From NCBI GenBank assembly GCA_034530875.2, contig JAVRCJ020000018.1:111963-175962 (forward strand): DNA of 64,000 nt, in the 5' to 3' direction. Position numbers and translations under genes: made by a program. The notes beneath the pieces are model-generated. The model worked only from the letters and a program-made list of their open reading frames with translations. It did not search any database and was not told the DNA's origin. Shown here piece by piece: positions 10,433 to 19,534 of the stretch. The first letter of the stretch is position 1, and each line of letters starts with the position of its first letter. The stretch comes from Nostoc sp. DedSLP01. Its GTDB lineage: Bacteria; Cyanobacteriota; Cyanobacteriia; Cyanobacteriales; Nostocaceae.

Positions 10433-11767
10433 GTGGATGCCATATTAGAACGATCGCAGGAATTAAAACAAGCTTTAGTTGATTTCGTCCTCGACGCAGA
10501 AGGCGAACTAGCACAAGCGCTGGAGACTTACGCAGCCGCACAGTTGCGGCGTGGAAGTGGCGATAGTACGCAGCAAGACTTAATTGTAGACACCTTTGTT
10601 ACGGAAGGTAAAGTCGGCGATCGCTCTCCATTAGATTTGTTTATCGAAAGCCATCCAGATTTAGACGAGAGCGATCGTAGTTTAATCGCTAGTTGGCATC
10701 GCAGTTTTATTGGCTTATTTGCCATTACTAACATCCTACCTGATGGTTTTGAATTAACCAACTGGCTGACAGATAAACACTACATCGTCAAACCAAACAA
10801 TCCTCAAACATTACAGGCAATATCTCGTTTGAAAGTCGGAGAAATTTTATTAACTCGCATTTCTCCTATTACCGATACTTACTGGATGTTCTCTGGGCCT
10901 TACACACTCATGGGTAAATTAGGGAAACCAAAACTTGCAGTAGCAATTGGTAACTTTAAGCAAAATTATAAAAGTAATCTTTACAGCGATGCTCCCGAAT
11001 TACTAGAAGAAGCTTGGGAATCAGTAGTAAAATATCATCAACAATTTGTAGAATTTTTTGGTAGCGATGAAATTACATTACCCGGTTACCAACTAAATAA
11101 AAAAATAGCTGAATTTCAAGAATTAATTACAGAAAAAACCTTGGCAGCAGCAGGGATTGATACTTCTAAATCTCTTTCTGAAGTTGCACAAGAAGCTGGT
11201 ATTGATGATGAGGAAATCAAAGCGGCGGCAGCAGAATTAGGCGCTGACTCCAATGCAGTTTCTCAGATATTTAACAATAATAAGGGCAATAGCAAAATGG
11301 TAATGCCCAAGGTTGATTTACCGCCTGAGCTGAAGAAAGCAGAACAGGTAACGGCTTTTTCTCATCCTCGCTGGGGGCAAATATTTTTACCAACATATAC
11401 AAAAGTACAAACAATATTATCAGCACAAGATTGGCAAAGTGTTGAAGGTGCCCAAAAACTAATTCGCTTCTACCTGGAAGATAAAAGTATTAATGCTTTT
11501 ATTTGGCATCGATTAGCCAAACAGTATCCAACTCAATTAGAAAATGTATTGCAAACATTTCTGCAACGTCCAGATTTTCGCCTTGAAAGCGATTTAGATA
11601 AACTTTTGCAAGAATTCGACAAACCTATTGAGCCAGAGTTACCAGAAATTGCTAGCGTCCCGATACATCTACACAATTTATTTCAAGAAGCTTTAACAGA
11701 GGTAAATAAATCTAAGCCGAAGAGTAAAGGGCAACAAAAAACAGCAAAGGGTTTTCAAAAAAGTTAG
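10433..11767 (+). CDS. Conserved cyanobacterial hypothetical protein
   Basis: 444-aa ORF with GTG start and protein-like composition. No catalytic motif recognised. Confidence 0.8.
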   Translation: MDAILERSQELKQALVDFVLDAEGELAQALETYAAAQLRRGSGDSTQQDLIVDTFVTEGKVGDRSPLDLFIESHPDLDESDRSLIASWHRSFIGLFAITNILPDGFELTNWLTDKHYIVKPNNPQTLQAISRLKVGEILLTRISPITDTYWMFSGPYTLMGKLGKPKLAVAIGNFKQNYKSNLYSDAPELLEEAWESVVKYHQQFVEFFGSDEITLPGYQLNKKIAEFQELITEKTLAAAGIDTSKSLSEVAQEAGIDDEEIKAAAAELGADSNAVSQIFNNNKGNSKMVMPKVDLPPELKKAEQVTAFSHPRWGQIFLPTYTKVQTILSAQDWQSVEGAQKLIRFYLEDKSINAFIWHRLAKQYPTQLENVLQTFLQRPDFRLESDLDKLLQEFDKPIEPELPEIASVPIHLHNLFQEALTEVNKSKPKSKGQQKTAKGFQKS

Positions 11768-11926
11768 CAGATAAATTAGTATGTAGGGTGTGTTATGGCG
11801 TAGCCTAACGCACCGCTAACAATTGAATCTGCTTTACCGTCAGTAATAAGAAAACGTGAGTTAATTCAAATTGATACTTCTTGCCATACATTGAATTTTT
11901 CTCACTAACTTACTAAACATCTAAAG

Positions 11927-12358
11927 CTAGGTAGATAGTAAGCGAATAATCTCATTTACAATTTCCTCTGGACTCTCAAGCTTGATCATAAATCGATCGA
12001 AGCCAGCATTCAATGCTTTGTTGCTTGATACTTCTCGTGTATAAGAAGTAATAGCGATCGCAGGTAATTGCCTTATAGATGAGGAAGAATGTACTCTAAT
12101 TTGCTCAATTAACCAATTTCCATCACGATTTGGTAACCTCATATTGCACAGCAAAAGGGCGGGATTGAGCCTTTCAACTAAAGCCAGGGCTTCTTCTGCA
12201 TTGGTCAAAGCTATCACCTGGGCGCCAGCTTGTTCCAAAATGAAGATCAGCAAATCTGCAATCTCTGGCTCATCCTCTACCAATAAGATTGAGATTCCAA
12301 ACAGGTTATCGAGCGATTTTAACTTAGTTTGTTGGTTGATTTTTTGCTCCGTTCCCAT
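11927..12358 (-). CDS. Single-domain response-regulator receiver, atypical (phosphoacceptor Asp appears as Asn)
   Basis: ILLVEDE...PALLLCNMRLPNRDG...PAIAITS...AGFDRF. Start moved to ATG 12358 because the longer ORF begins inside a repeat. Confidence 0.8.
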   Translation of the reverse strand: MGTEQKINQQTKLKSLDNLFGISILLVEDEPEIADLLIFILEQAGAQVIALTNAEEALALVERLNPALLLCNMRLPNRDGNWLIEQIRVHSSSSIRQLPAIAITSYTREVSSNKALNAGFDRFMIKLESPEEIVNEIIRLLST

Positions 12359-12455
12359 ACCGTCTTTTAATTGTCTGTTACAGTACCCCCTTTTTATTGG
12401 AACGCATCGACTCAAATAAGTGTTCACCCTAAATACACAAATTTGAGATGAAAAG

Positions 12456-12533
12456 CTCTGACTTGTAAGTGGGGAGTAGGGAGTAGGGAGTAGGGGAAAG
12501 GCCACTTTCATACTTGGTGGTGAAACTTGTTTC
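12456..12533. repeat. Dispersed element of about 64-78 bp, copy 1
   Basis: Its reverse complement matches 53382-53445 with one mismatch plus two extra GGGAGTA heptamers. Confidence 0.9.
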
Positions 12534-12573
12534 GTCCTCCTGCCTCCTTAAACTACATCCCACACCCTTGCTA

Positions 12574-13929
12574 TCACTGAGTTGACACCGTTAAGACTTG
12601 CGGCGGTGTAGCATCTGGCGGATAGAGAAAGTCTACTTGTACTAAAGAGCGATCGCCAGCTTTCATATTTAATGAAACTAGGGGTTCTCCTGGTTGACCT
12701 CGCTTTTGTACTAAATGTATAAATTCTGTTTTTGGCTGATTTTGTTCGTCTCTATAACGTACCCGCACCGTTCCACGAAAGAATACTTCACGGGCTGGTA
12801 CACTCAAAAAGCGTAACCCTGGTTTTACTAATCGATCCTCTTTAATTGGGGTTTGTATCGATACGCTGACAGTTTGAGGACTTTGGGTATTGTTATATAA
12901 AGGCAACTTCAGACTGTATTGAATTCCATAGTTGCCATGAGCGCGATATGCAGTGTCAGGATAGCGCGCCAACATCTTAGCACTCTGAATTTGACCCGTT
13001 CCCAAAGTTCCACCATGCAGGGTACTCAGAGCATAAGAAAACATTTGACCAGGCTGGGGAATGGTTAAGTACCTAGTTTTAGGATTATCTACTAAAACAG
13101 CTCTCCACTGGGAACCATCAACGACTCCAGCAACACGCCCATAAATTATTGGCTTGCGGGTTTCTTCTAAGGGTGTAGGGGTTTTATCTCTTGGCCCAGC
13201 CAAATCGCCATTATTTACTAAATTTTCCCACTCTTCTAAAGTAGGCGCGCGTTCGCTACCATCGGTATTTGTGCGTGCGAACATGGCTAGGCTAGCTGCA
13301 TAGACAGTTCCATTACTTTGCAATCGTATTAATGTAGACCGACCATTTAGAGGTGGTGTCAATCCCTGCACCGGAATTGGTAAATTTAGTAACATCCGAC
13401 TTTGCCCTGGCGGAATTTCAATTTGGGCAGGGAAAATATTTTGTCGTTGTCCTCTTAATATATCAGTCATGACGCGATCGCCAGGGCCGGCAAAAATTTT
13501 ACCTAAAGGATTTTGGATAAAGGATGGTAACTCAATAAATGGCGCATCCGGTTGACTTAAATAACTCGCTGCTTGCAAAATATTTACCTTCACTGATTCC
13601 GAACTGGGGTTATGCAAGATTATCCCCAGATAAAGAGAACGTAAATTTTCTGGTGGTTCGGCTCTAGCAACATGGTGAGCAAAAATATCAAATCGTCCTC
13701 GAAAAGGAAAATTTAGATGTGCTGTTGGTATTTTTTTCCCGTCTTTTGGAAAAGTTGAAAGTAAAATTCCCTCTTTCAAAACTAACTCTGGACTATTGCT
13801 ATTAAATGTTGGCACCTTATCCAACTGACCTGGTAAAGGGCGTACTTGTTGCGATCGGACTACTTCTTCAGGCGTTGGCATAACAGGTGTAGACTGAGCG
13901 ATGGGAAAAGCAAGTAACAATGACAACAT
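12574..13929 (-). CDS. DUF3370-like cyanobacterial exported protein
   Basis: VRPLPGQLD..FNSNSPE...GILLSTFP, AHGNYG and YPPDATPPQVLTV are typical of this family. Confidence 0.8.
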   Translation of the reverse strand: MLSLLLAFPIAQSTPVMPTPEEVVRSQQVRPLPGQLDKVPTFNSNSPELVLKEGILLSTFPKDGKKIPTAHLNFPFRGRFDIFAHHVARAEPPENLRSLYLGIILHNPSSESVKVNILQAASYLSQPDAPFIELPSFIQNPLGKIFAGPGDRVMTDILRGQRQNIFPAQIEIPPGQSRMLLNLPIPVQGLTPPLNGRSTLIRLQSNGTVYAASLAMFARTNTDGSERAPTLEEWENLVNNGDLAGPRDKTPTPLEETRKPIIYGRVAGVVDGSQWRAVLVDNPKTRYLTIPQPGQMFSYALSTLHGGTLGTGQIQSAKMLARYPDTAYRAHGNYGIQYSLKLPLYNNTQSPQTVSVSIQTPIKEDRLVKPGLRFLSVPAREVFFRGTVRVRYRDEQNQPKTEFIHLVQKRGQPGEPLVSLNMKAGDRSLVQVDFLYPPDATPPQVLTVSTQ

Positions 13930-13952
13930 ATCTTTAAGTATTAGTTTGAACG

Positions 13953-14065
13953 TACAGGACTCATATTGATTTGTGGGGAGCTAGGTAAACGTATACCCCC
14001 TTATTTTCTATTCCCTGTTTCCTCCCTACACAAGTAATTCCTGCGAATCAAATGAGATTGCTATA
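13953..14065. mobile_element. MITE-like element
   Basis: Ends tacaggactcatattgattt and gaatcaaatgagattgctata form imperfect terminal inverted repeats. Confidence 0.6.
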
Positions 14066-14072
14066 CAGACTA

Positions 14073-14594
14073 CTAACAACCTGATGAAAGTGCCAGTTTG
14101 TTAACAATTAATAAGAAATCGGCAAGAATGCCACTCAAATTTTCTCGATCGAGAACTGGAACATGCACAAAGATACAACGCGTCGAGAGTTTGTTTTGTT
14201 TCAAGTAGTCCAACACACAATAGTAAAGACCTTCACAGACAAATTTTCCACAGTCGTGGCTAATCTCAACTGCCGATGCTCCCGCAGCTAATTTTTCTAA
14301 ATCAACTTCTGCGTGCAAAACACTTTCTCCACAGGTGGCGGTTAATTCCACACTTAATTTTGTGCGGCTAGCAGCCATGCCACAACAGATGATGCAATCA
14401 GGTTGGATTGCATTAATTTTTTCAATTACCTGAGAACTGGCCAGTTCTATATTTACGGGTAACGACCGCAAAAAAGTTAAATCATGGGGAAAAAACTGAA
14501 GTTTCGTAACTTCTACTAATAAATCATCAGATGAATTTGACTGTTGATCGGCCAGCCAAGTGTCAAAAGAAGTTAATAGAATTCTTTTCTGCAT
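14073..14594 (-). CDS. Pyroglutamyl-peptidase I (peptidase C15) family
   Basis: ILLTSF, LPV, ISHDCGKFVCE (catalytic Cys) and FVHVP (His). Confidence 0.85.
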   Translation of the reverse strand: MQKRILLTSFDTWLADQQSNSSDDLLVEVTKLQFFPHDLTFLRSLPVNIELASSQVIEKINAIQPDCIICCGMAASRTKLSVELTATCGESVLHAEVDLEKLAAGASAVEISHDCGKFVCEGLYYCVLDYLKQNKLSTRCIFVHVPVLDRENLSGILADFLLIVNKLALSSGC

Positions 14595-14670
14595 AACAAA
14601 TATTATTTACAATAGGAATATTATTTAGAATAGAAAAACCCTCCATAATAATTTTACAAGGAGCCGGTAA

Positions 14671-15306
14671 ATGCCAGTGATTGCGGTCGTGGACTACGAG
14701 ATGGGAAATTTGCATTCAGTTTGCAAAGGGTTGGAAAAAGCTGGAGCAACTCCTAATGTTACTTATTCTCCAAAGGAATTAGAACGAGCAGATGCAATAG
14801 TTTTGCCAGGAGTGGGAGCATTCGATCCCGCAGTACAACATTTACGATCGCGCGGTTTAGAACAGCCTATTAAAGATGCGATCGCATCTGGCAAACCTTT
14901 TTTGGGCATCTGTTTAGGACTGCAAATTCTCTTTGAATCAAGTTCAGAAGGTATCCACCCAGGACTCGGAATTATCAAAGGAAAAGTACGTCGGTTTCGT
15001 CCAGAACCAGACATTACTATTCCCCACATGGGTTGGAATCAATTGCAAGTGACTCAACCAAAAAGTATTTTATGGGAGCATTTACCGTCAAATCCTTGGG
15101 TGTATTTTGTCCATTCCTACTATGTCGATCCAATAGAAGAGCAAATTCGTGCAGCAACTGTCACTCACGGTACTCAAACTGTAACAGCTGCGATCGCTCG
15201 TGAAAACCTGATGGCCGTACAATTTCACCCAGAAAAATCTTCTAATATTGGATTGCAAATCTTGTCTAATTTTGTTGCTCAAGTACGGGAAAAAATTCCC
15301 GCATAA
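14671..15306 (+). CDS. hisH: Imidazole glycerol phosphate synthase, glutaminase subunit
   Basis: DYEMGNLHSV, LPGVGAF, LGICLGLQ, YFVHSY and QFHPEKS. Confidence 0.97.
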   Translation: MPVIAVVDYEMGNLHSVCKGLEKAGATPNVTYSPKELERADAIVLPGVGAFDPAVQHLRSRGLEQPIKDAIASGKPFLGICLGLQILFESSSEGIHPGLGIIKGKVRRFRPEPDITIPHMGWNQLQVTQPKSILWEHLPSNPWVYFVHSYYVDPIEEQIRAATVTHGTQTVTAAIARENLMAVQFHPEKSSNIGLQILSNFVAQVREKIPA

Positions 15307-15422
15307 TAATATATTTGTCATTAGTCATTCGTCATTAGTCATTAGTCATTTGTGAATTAATGAAAATGACCATAGATCGTCAATATAACGATCGATGCCC
15401 AATGCACCATGCCCAATGACCG

Positions 15423-16025
15423 ATGAGCCTGAGAATTTACGGGAATCGCCAGTTAAAAACATTACCAGGTAAAGAGACTAGACCTACTAGTGCTAGAGTC
15501 AGGGAAGCAGTCTTTAATATTTGGCAAGGAAAAATTGCAGATTGCCACTGGCTAGATTTGTGTGCCGGTACTGGTTCGATGGGTGCCGAGGCTTTGTGTA
15601 GAGGAGCCGCCTTAGTAGTAGGAATTGAAAAATCAAGCCGAGCCTGTGCCACTATTCAACAAAATTGGCAGCAAGTAGCCAATACCCAGCAAGAATTTCG
15701 GGTATTGCGCGGAGATATTATTGGGCAGTTAAAGACATTATCAGGCAAGCAATTTGACAGAATCTACTTCGACCCACCTTATGCTAGTGGATTGTATGAG
15801 CCAGTTTTAGAAGCGATCGCTCATCATCAACTTTTAGATCCTAGCGGCGAAATCGCAGTCGAACACGCTTCACAAGGCTTGACATTACCAGAAATTCCTG
15901 CCTGGGAAATTTGCCGCCAGAAAGTTTATGGCAACACATCGCTTACCTTTTACAGAATTAGAAGTGAGGGAGATGAGGAAGCAGAGGGAGCAGGGGGAGC
16001 AGAGGAGGAAGAGGAAGAATTCTAA
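15423..16025 (+). CDS. rsmD: 16S rRNA (guanine966-N2)-methyltransferase
   Basis: TRPTSARVREAVFN, LDLCAGTGSMG, DPPY and KVYG. The acidic tail derives from a purine-rich repeat. Confidence 0.92.
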   Translation: MSLRIYGNRQLKTLPGKETRPTSARVREAVFNIWQGKIADCHWLDLCAGTGSMGAEALCRGAALVVGIEKSSRACATIQQNWQQVANTQQEFRVLRGDIIGQLKTLSGKQFDRIYFDPPYASGLYEPVLEAIAHHQLLDPSGEIAVEHASQGLTLPEIPAWEICRQKVYGNTSLTFYRIRSEGDEEAEGAGGAEEEEEEF

Positions 16026-16036
16026 CTCCTAACTCT

Positions 16037-16102
16037 TGTACAGACGCGATGAATCGCGTCTCTACTCCTGATTCTTGTACAGACGCGATTCATCGCGTCT
16101 CT
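16037..16102. repeat. Two tandem REP-like palindromes (AGACGCGAT-n-ATCGCGTCT)
   Basis: tgtacagacgcgatgaatcgcgtctctac and tgtacagacgcgattcatcgcgtctct between the convergent rsmD and petG genes. Confidence 0.85.
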
Positions 16103-16104
16103 CC

Positions 16105-16218
16105 TCACCCTCCCAGCTGATTGGGTCGCTTGTATTGCTTATAAGCAGCGTAAAACAGTCCGGCAAGGGTGACGAAAACTAGACCAAGGACAATACCTGA
16201 GAGCAGGGGTTCAACCAC
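16105..16218 (-). CDS. petG: Cytochrome b6-f complex subunit 5
   Basis: 37-aa [37 protein letters not shown] from GTG 16218, with an AGGAG ribosome-binding site upstream. Confidence 0.97.
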   Translation of the reverse strand: MVEPLLSGIVLGLVFVTLAGLFYAAYKQYKRPNQLGG

Positions 16219-16428
16219 TGTAAATCTCCTCTTTGCAATTTTCAATATTTGTTTCCCGTTTTTGATTTTACCAAATTCGGTATGAATCCTGCGCTCTATA
16301 AGCTTTTCCCAAGAGGACTGCTCATAATAAAATAGTCTTCTGTGCTTGCAGACACAATCAAGAACTTTTAAGCTATGTGTAGGAAATGAAAACTTTTTTA
16401 GCAAACCTAGACATTCACAGCAAACCTT

Positions 16429-16803
16429 TTGGATAACCAGATTAGCAAACCTGAAATATTGATTCAGCGGATCGTTTTATTGACGCTAGCCATCCTGCTA
16501 GCAGTCCCTTTGGCCTTTTTTGGTGTTCACTTGGTTCAAGCCTCCGATCCTTATGCCAAGAGTGTTTTATCCCTAACAGGAAACCCAATTCAAGGACACG
16601 CTATCTTTCAAATTAATTGCGCTGGCTGTCATGGCTTAGAAGCAGACGGGCGAGTGGGGCCTAGCTTGCAAGGTGTCTCAAAGCGCAAATCTCGGTACGG
16701 GCTAATTCATCAAGTTATTAGCGGCGAAACGCCACCAATGCCAAAGTTTCAGCCTAGTACCCAAGAAATGGCAGACCTTTTGAGCTATTTAGAGTCTTTG
16801 TAG
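16429..16803 (+). CDS. cytM: Cytochrome cM-type c cytochrome
   Basis: N-terminal hydrophobic anchor, CAGCH heme motif and PPMPKFQP axial Met. Divergent from petG. Confidence 0.8.
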   Translation: MDNQISKPEILIQRIVLLTLAILLAVPLAFFGVHLVQASDPYAKSVLSLTGNPIQGHAIFQINCAGCHGLEADGRVGPSLQGVSKRKSRYGLIHQVISGETPPMPKFQPSTQEMADLLSYLESL

Positions 16804-16846
16804 ATGTTAGATTCCGCGATCGCAAGACACATACAACCCCTCATCC

Positions 16847-16878
16847 AAAAAGGCAGTACGTCTAATACTGCCTTTTTT
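16847..16878 (+). terminator. Rho-independent terminator
   Basis: aaaaaggcagta-cgtctaa-tactgcctttttt downstream of cytM. Confidence 0.75.
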
Positions 16879-17150
16879 AAATTCTTAAATTTATTTATAA
16901 ATCTTAATTAAAAATTAAAATTTTGCTAGATATCGAATGCTGTATTTGTGCTTGCTGGTTTTTACGTAGGAACTTTGTTAAAAACTCATAGAAATTGTAT
17001 ATTCTAAAGTATGTTAGCAAATTACTATGTTGATTACTGTCAAACTCAGGTTAACGTATCTGACTCAGTGGGACTAAGGCAATTCCCAGTGAATGGGCTA
17101 CGGTATAGCTTCTATGACACACTAGATATTCTTAAGATGCCCCAAAGCTA

Positions 17151-17948
17151 ATGACTGAAGCGCTCCAAATCGGTAATCGTACAATCACTGCTAGCGAACT
17201 GATTTCTTTGCTGGCGAGTTACCAAATGCTGCCACAATTGCAGCGAGAATTAATTATTGATGAGGCGATCGAGCAAAACTCACGCTCTGCGAATGTCGTA
17301 ATCGAGTGTACACCTGAAGAAGTAGCCCAAGCTAAACAGCAGTTTTACGCCGAAAAGCAGTTGAAAAATGAAGAAGACATCCAAGCTTGGATGGTACGTC
17401 AAGGTTTGACTTACGAACAACTAGAAGCCATTACCACTCGGAAGCTGAAAATTGAAAAATTTAAGCAAGCCACTTGGGGTAATAAATTAGAATCGTACTT
17501 TTTTCAGTCCAAGTCAAAACTTGACAAAGTAATTTATTCTCTGCTGCGAACCCAGGATATAGGAATTGCTCAAGAATTGTACTTTCGGATTCAAGCAAAA
17601 GAAAGCTCTTTTGCTGACTTGGCGCGGGAATATTCACTCGGGCCAGAAGCTCAAACCGGCGGTTTAGTAGGCCCGGTTGAATTGAACGCACTACATCCGG
17701 TGATGGTGCAAATGCTCTCTAGTAGCCAACCAGGTCAAATATTACCGCCTACCCGTATTGCTGAATGGTTTGTGATTTTGCGGCTAGAAAAATTTATCCC
17801 CGCACAATTGGATGACTTTATGAAAGCTCGTCTAATGAACGAGCTGTTTGAAAATTGGCTCCAAGAACAGCAAAAACAAATGATGTCTGCACATCAACAA
17901 CAGCTTGCAACACAGAATCAGCAAGATGTTGAGCAACCATTAACCTAA
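17151..17948 (+). CDS. PpiC/parvulin-type peptidyl-prolyl isomerase
   Basis: SFADLAREYSLGPEAQTGGLVGP parvulin signature. Confidence 0.88.
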   Translation: MTEALQIGNRTITASELISLLASYQMLPQLQRELIIDEAIEQNSRSANVVIECTPEEVAQAKQQFYAEKQLKNEEDIQAWMVRQGLTYEQLEAITTRKLKIEKFKQATWGNKLESYFFQSKSKLDKVIYSLLRTQDIGIAQELYFRIQAKESSFADLAREYSLGPEAQTGGLVGPVELNALHPVMVQMLSSSQPGQILPPTRIAEWFVILRLEKFIPAQLDDFMKARLMNELFENWLQEQQKQMMSAHQQQLATQNQQDVEQPLT

Positions 17949-18147
17949 TTCAGCAGGTGATAACGAAGGCAGGAGGCAGAGGGCAGGAGGCCGTTTTTGT
18001 AACGAGAATTTATAACCCGTTCCAAAAACTTTGGACGAAGTACGGTTTTAGACCCGATTGTTTCGATAATAATTTGAACCAGATAAGTAGAACGAGATAT
18101 GAGAAGATTCTATGCGGGTTTTCGTTCGCGCAAGTACTCAAATAGAA

Positions 18148-18471
18148 TCAAGCCAAATACTTATCGAGGGTACTGGTAAATTCTTCATACGGTTTAACAC
18201 CAACCATTGTTTCTTGCAACTTGCCTTGCTTAAAAAGCATGACAGCAGGAATACTACGAATGCCAAATCGTTTAGCGACAGGTTGGTTGGCATCGAGGTC
18301 TAGCTTAAAGACTTTGACGCGAGGGTTGTACTCTACTGCCAATTTATCTATCAAGGGGGCAATGAGTTTGCAGGGGCCGCACCAGGCAGCTGTGCAATCT
18401 ACTAGAAGTAACGGCTCGGTTTCCAACAGCTTATCTAACTCGGTTTCGTCTTGAATATAAACGGCAGTCAT
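18148..18471 (-). CDS. Thioredoxin
   Basis: WCGPC active site and cis-Pro motif SIP. 107 aa from ATG 18471. Confidence 0.93.
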   Translation of the reverse strand: MTAVYIQDETELDKLLETEPLLLVDCTAAWCGPCKLIAPLIDKLAVEYNPRVKVFKLDLDANQPVAKRFGIRSIPAVMLFKQGKLQETMVGVKPYEEFTSTLDKYLA

Positions 18472-18549
18472 AAGTTTTTTGCAAAAGCTTATTATCTCAT
18501 AACCGCATTGCAAAACTACAATATAATTCGATAACCCCTGACTTCATTT

Positions 18550-19428
18550 TCATTGGCTAACAGTTTCAAGCACCCTCAACTGTTTTTCCGATGCAACCTG
18601 ATGTTCTTTGCGCCAAGCCTGAGGAGGTAAACCGTGATGTTGGCGGAACTGGCGGGAGAAATGAGATACATCTTGATAGCCTAGTGCTTTGGCAATTTTC
18701 TCTATAGTCCGATCGCTATTTTGGAGTAATAAGCGAGCTCCTGCCATTCGACGTTTAACAATCCAGGAGTTAACAGTCTCTCCTGTTTGCCTTGCAACTC
18801 GGTTAGTTAAGTAAGCCGGCGAGTAACCAACTGCTTCAGCCACGTCACACAAAGTAATTCCTTGATGATAATGGGCTTCGATGAAGTCGAAAACTTCTTT
18901 TAATTGGGGATTAGAAGGAAAGAAAAGGGCATCTTCTGAAGATACTTCTTGACAAGAGGTTTGGCTAATATTAGCATCTTCAGCGATCGCTAATACCGAT
19001 CTTGAAGCTTTATCGAATTGAAATGCACACCAGTCATAGAGAGTAGCTTGTTTTTGTAGCCGACTAGCGATCGCCCTGAGTAATTCGTCTAATGTAGAAG
19101 GTTTGGTAAGATAGTCATCCGCGCCGAGTTCCATAGCTTTGCGAAGATCGGCTTTAGTATTACTACCAGTCAGAAAAATCAGGGGAATAATCGCTGTCTG
19201 AGGATTTTGGCGTAGCGTACTTAGAACGCTATAACCATCCATATCAGGCATCGTAATATCACAAATGACTAAATCTGGTAGATACTCTTGTGCTTTTTCA
19301 ATACCAACAAAACCATTATCTGCACCTATGGGATCGAAACCTTTAACCTTAAGACCCTTTAAATAAAGATCTAGGGTAATGCGATCGTCTTCAATGACGA
19401 GAATTTTCTTTGACGATTGGTACATCAT
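18550..19428 (-). CDS. Response regulator, REC plus AraC HTH (scytonemin-cluster regulator type)
   Basis: ILVIEDD..ICDITMP..YLTKP; AraC segment VAEAVGYSPAYL...IAKALGYQDVSHFSRQFRQHHGLPP. Divergent from scyA, as in N. punctiforme. Confidence 0.93.
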   Translation of the reverse strand: MMYQSSKKILVIEDDRITLDLYLKGLKVKGFDPIGADNGFVGIEKAQEYLPDLVICDITMPDMDGYSVLSTLRQNPQTAIIPLIFLTGSNTKADLRKAMELGADDYLTKPSTLDELLRAIASRLQKQATLYDWCAFQFDKASRSVLAIAEDANISQTSCQEVSSEDALFFPSNPQLKEVFDFIEAHYHQGITLCDVAEAVGYSPAYLTNRVARQTGETVNSWIVKRRMAGARLLLQNSDRTIEKIAKALGYQDVSHFSRQFRQHHGLPPQAWRKEHQVASEKQLRVLETVSQ

Positions 19429-19534
19429 TTCCTCTCACCAAAACTTTTTACGAGAAATCATTGCTAGACTCTTTCCTAAATTTTTCAATAGAAATAAAGC
19501 TATGAATATTAAATAATTATCTTCATTACAATAC

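Noticed and set aside
12359..12511. N-terminal extension of the receiver ORF
   Set aside because: It starts inside the dispersed repeat and heptamers.
16219..16404. N-terminal 62 aa of the 99-aa ORF
   Set aside because: PetG is 37 aa with its own RBS and GTG at 16218. The extension is upstream non-coding DNA.
17040..17130. GC-richer leader before the PPIase gene as a possible tRNA or riboswitch
   Set aside because: I recognise no cloverleaf, T-loop or riboswitch consensus. An Rfam scan would be needed.
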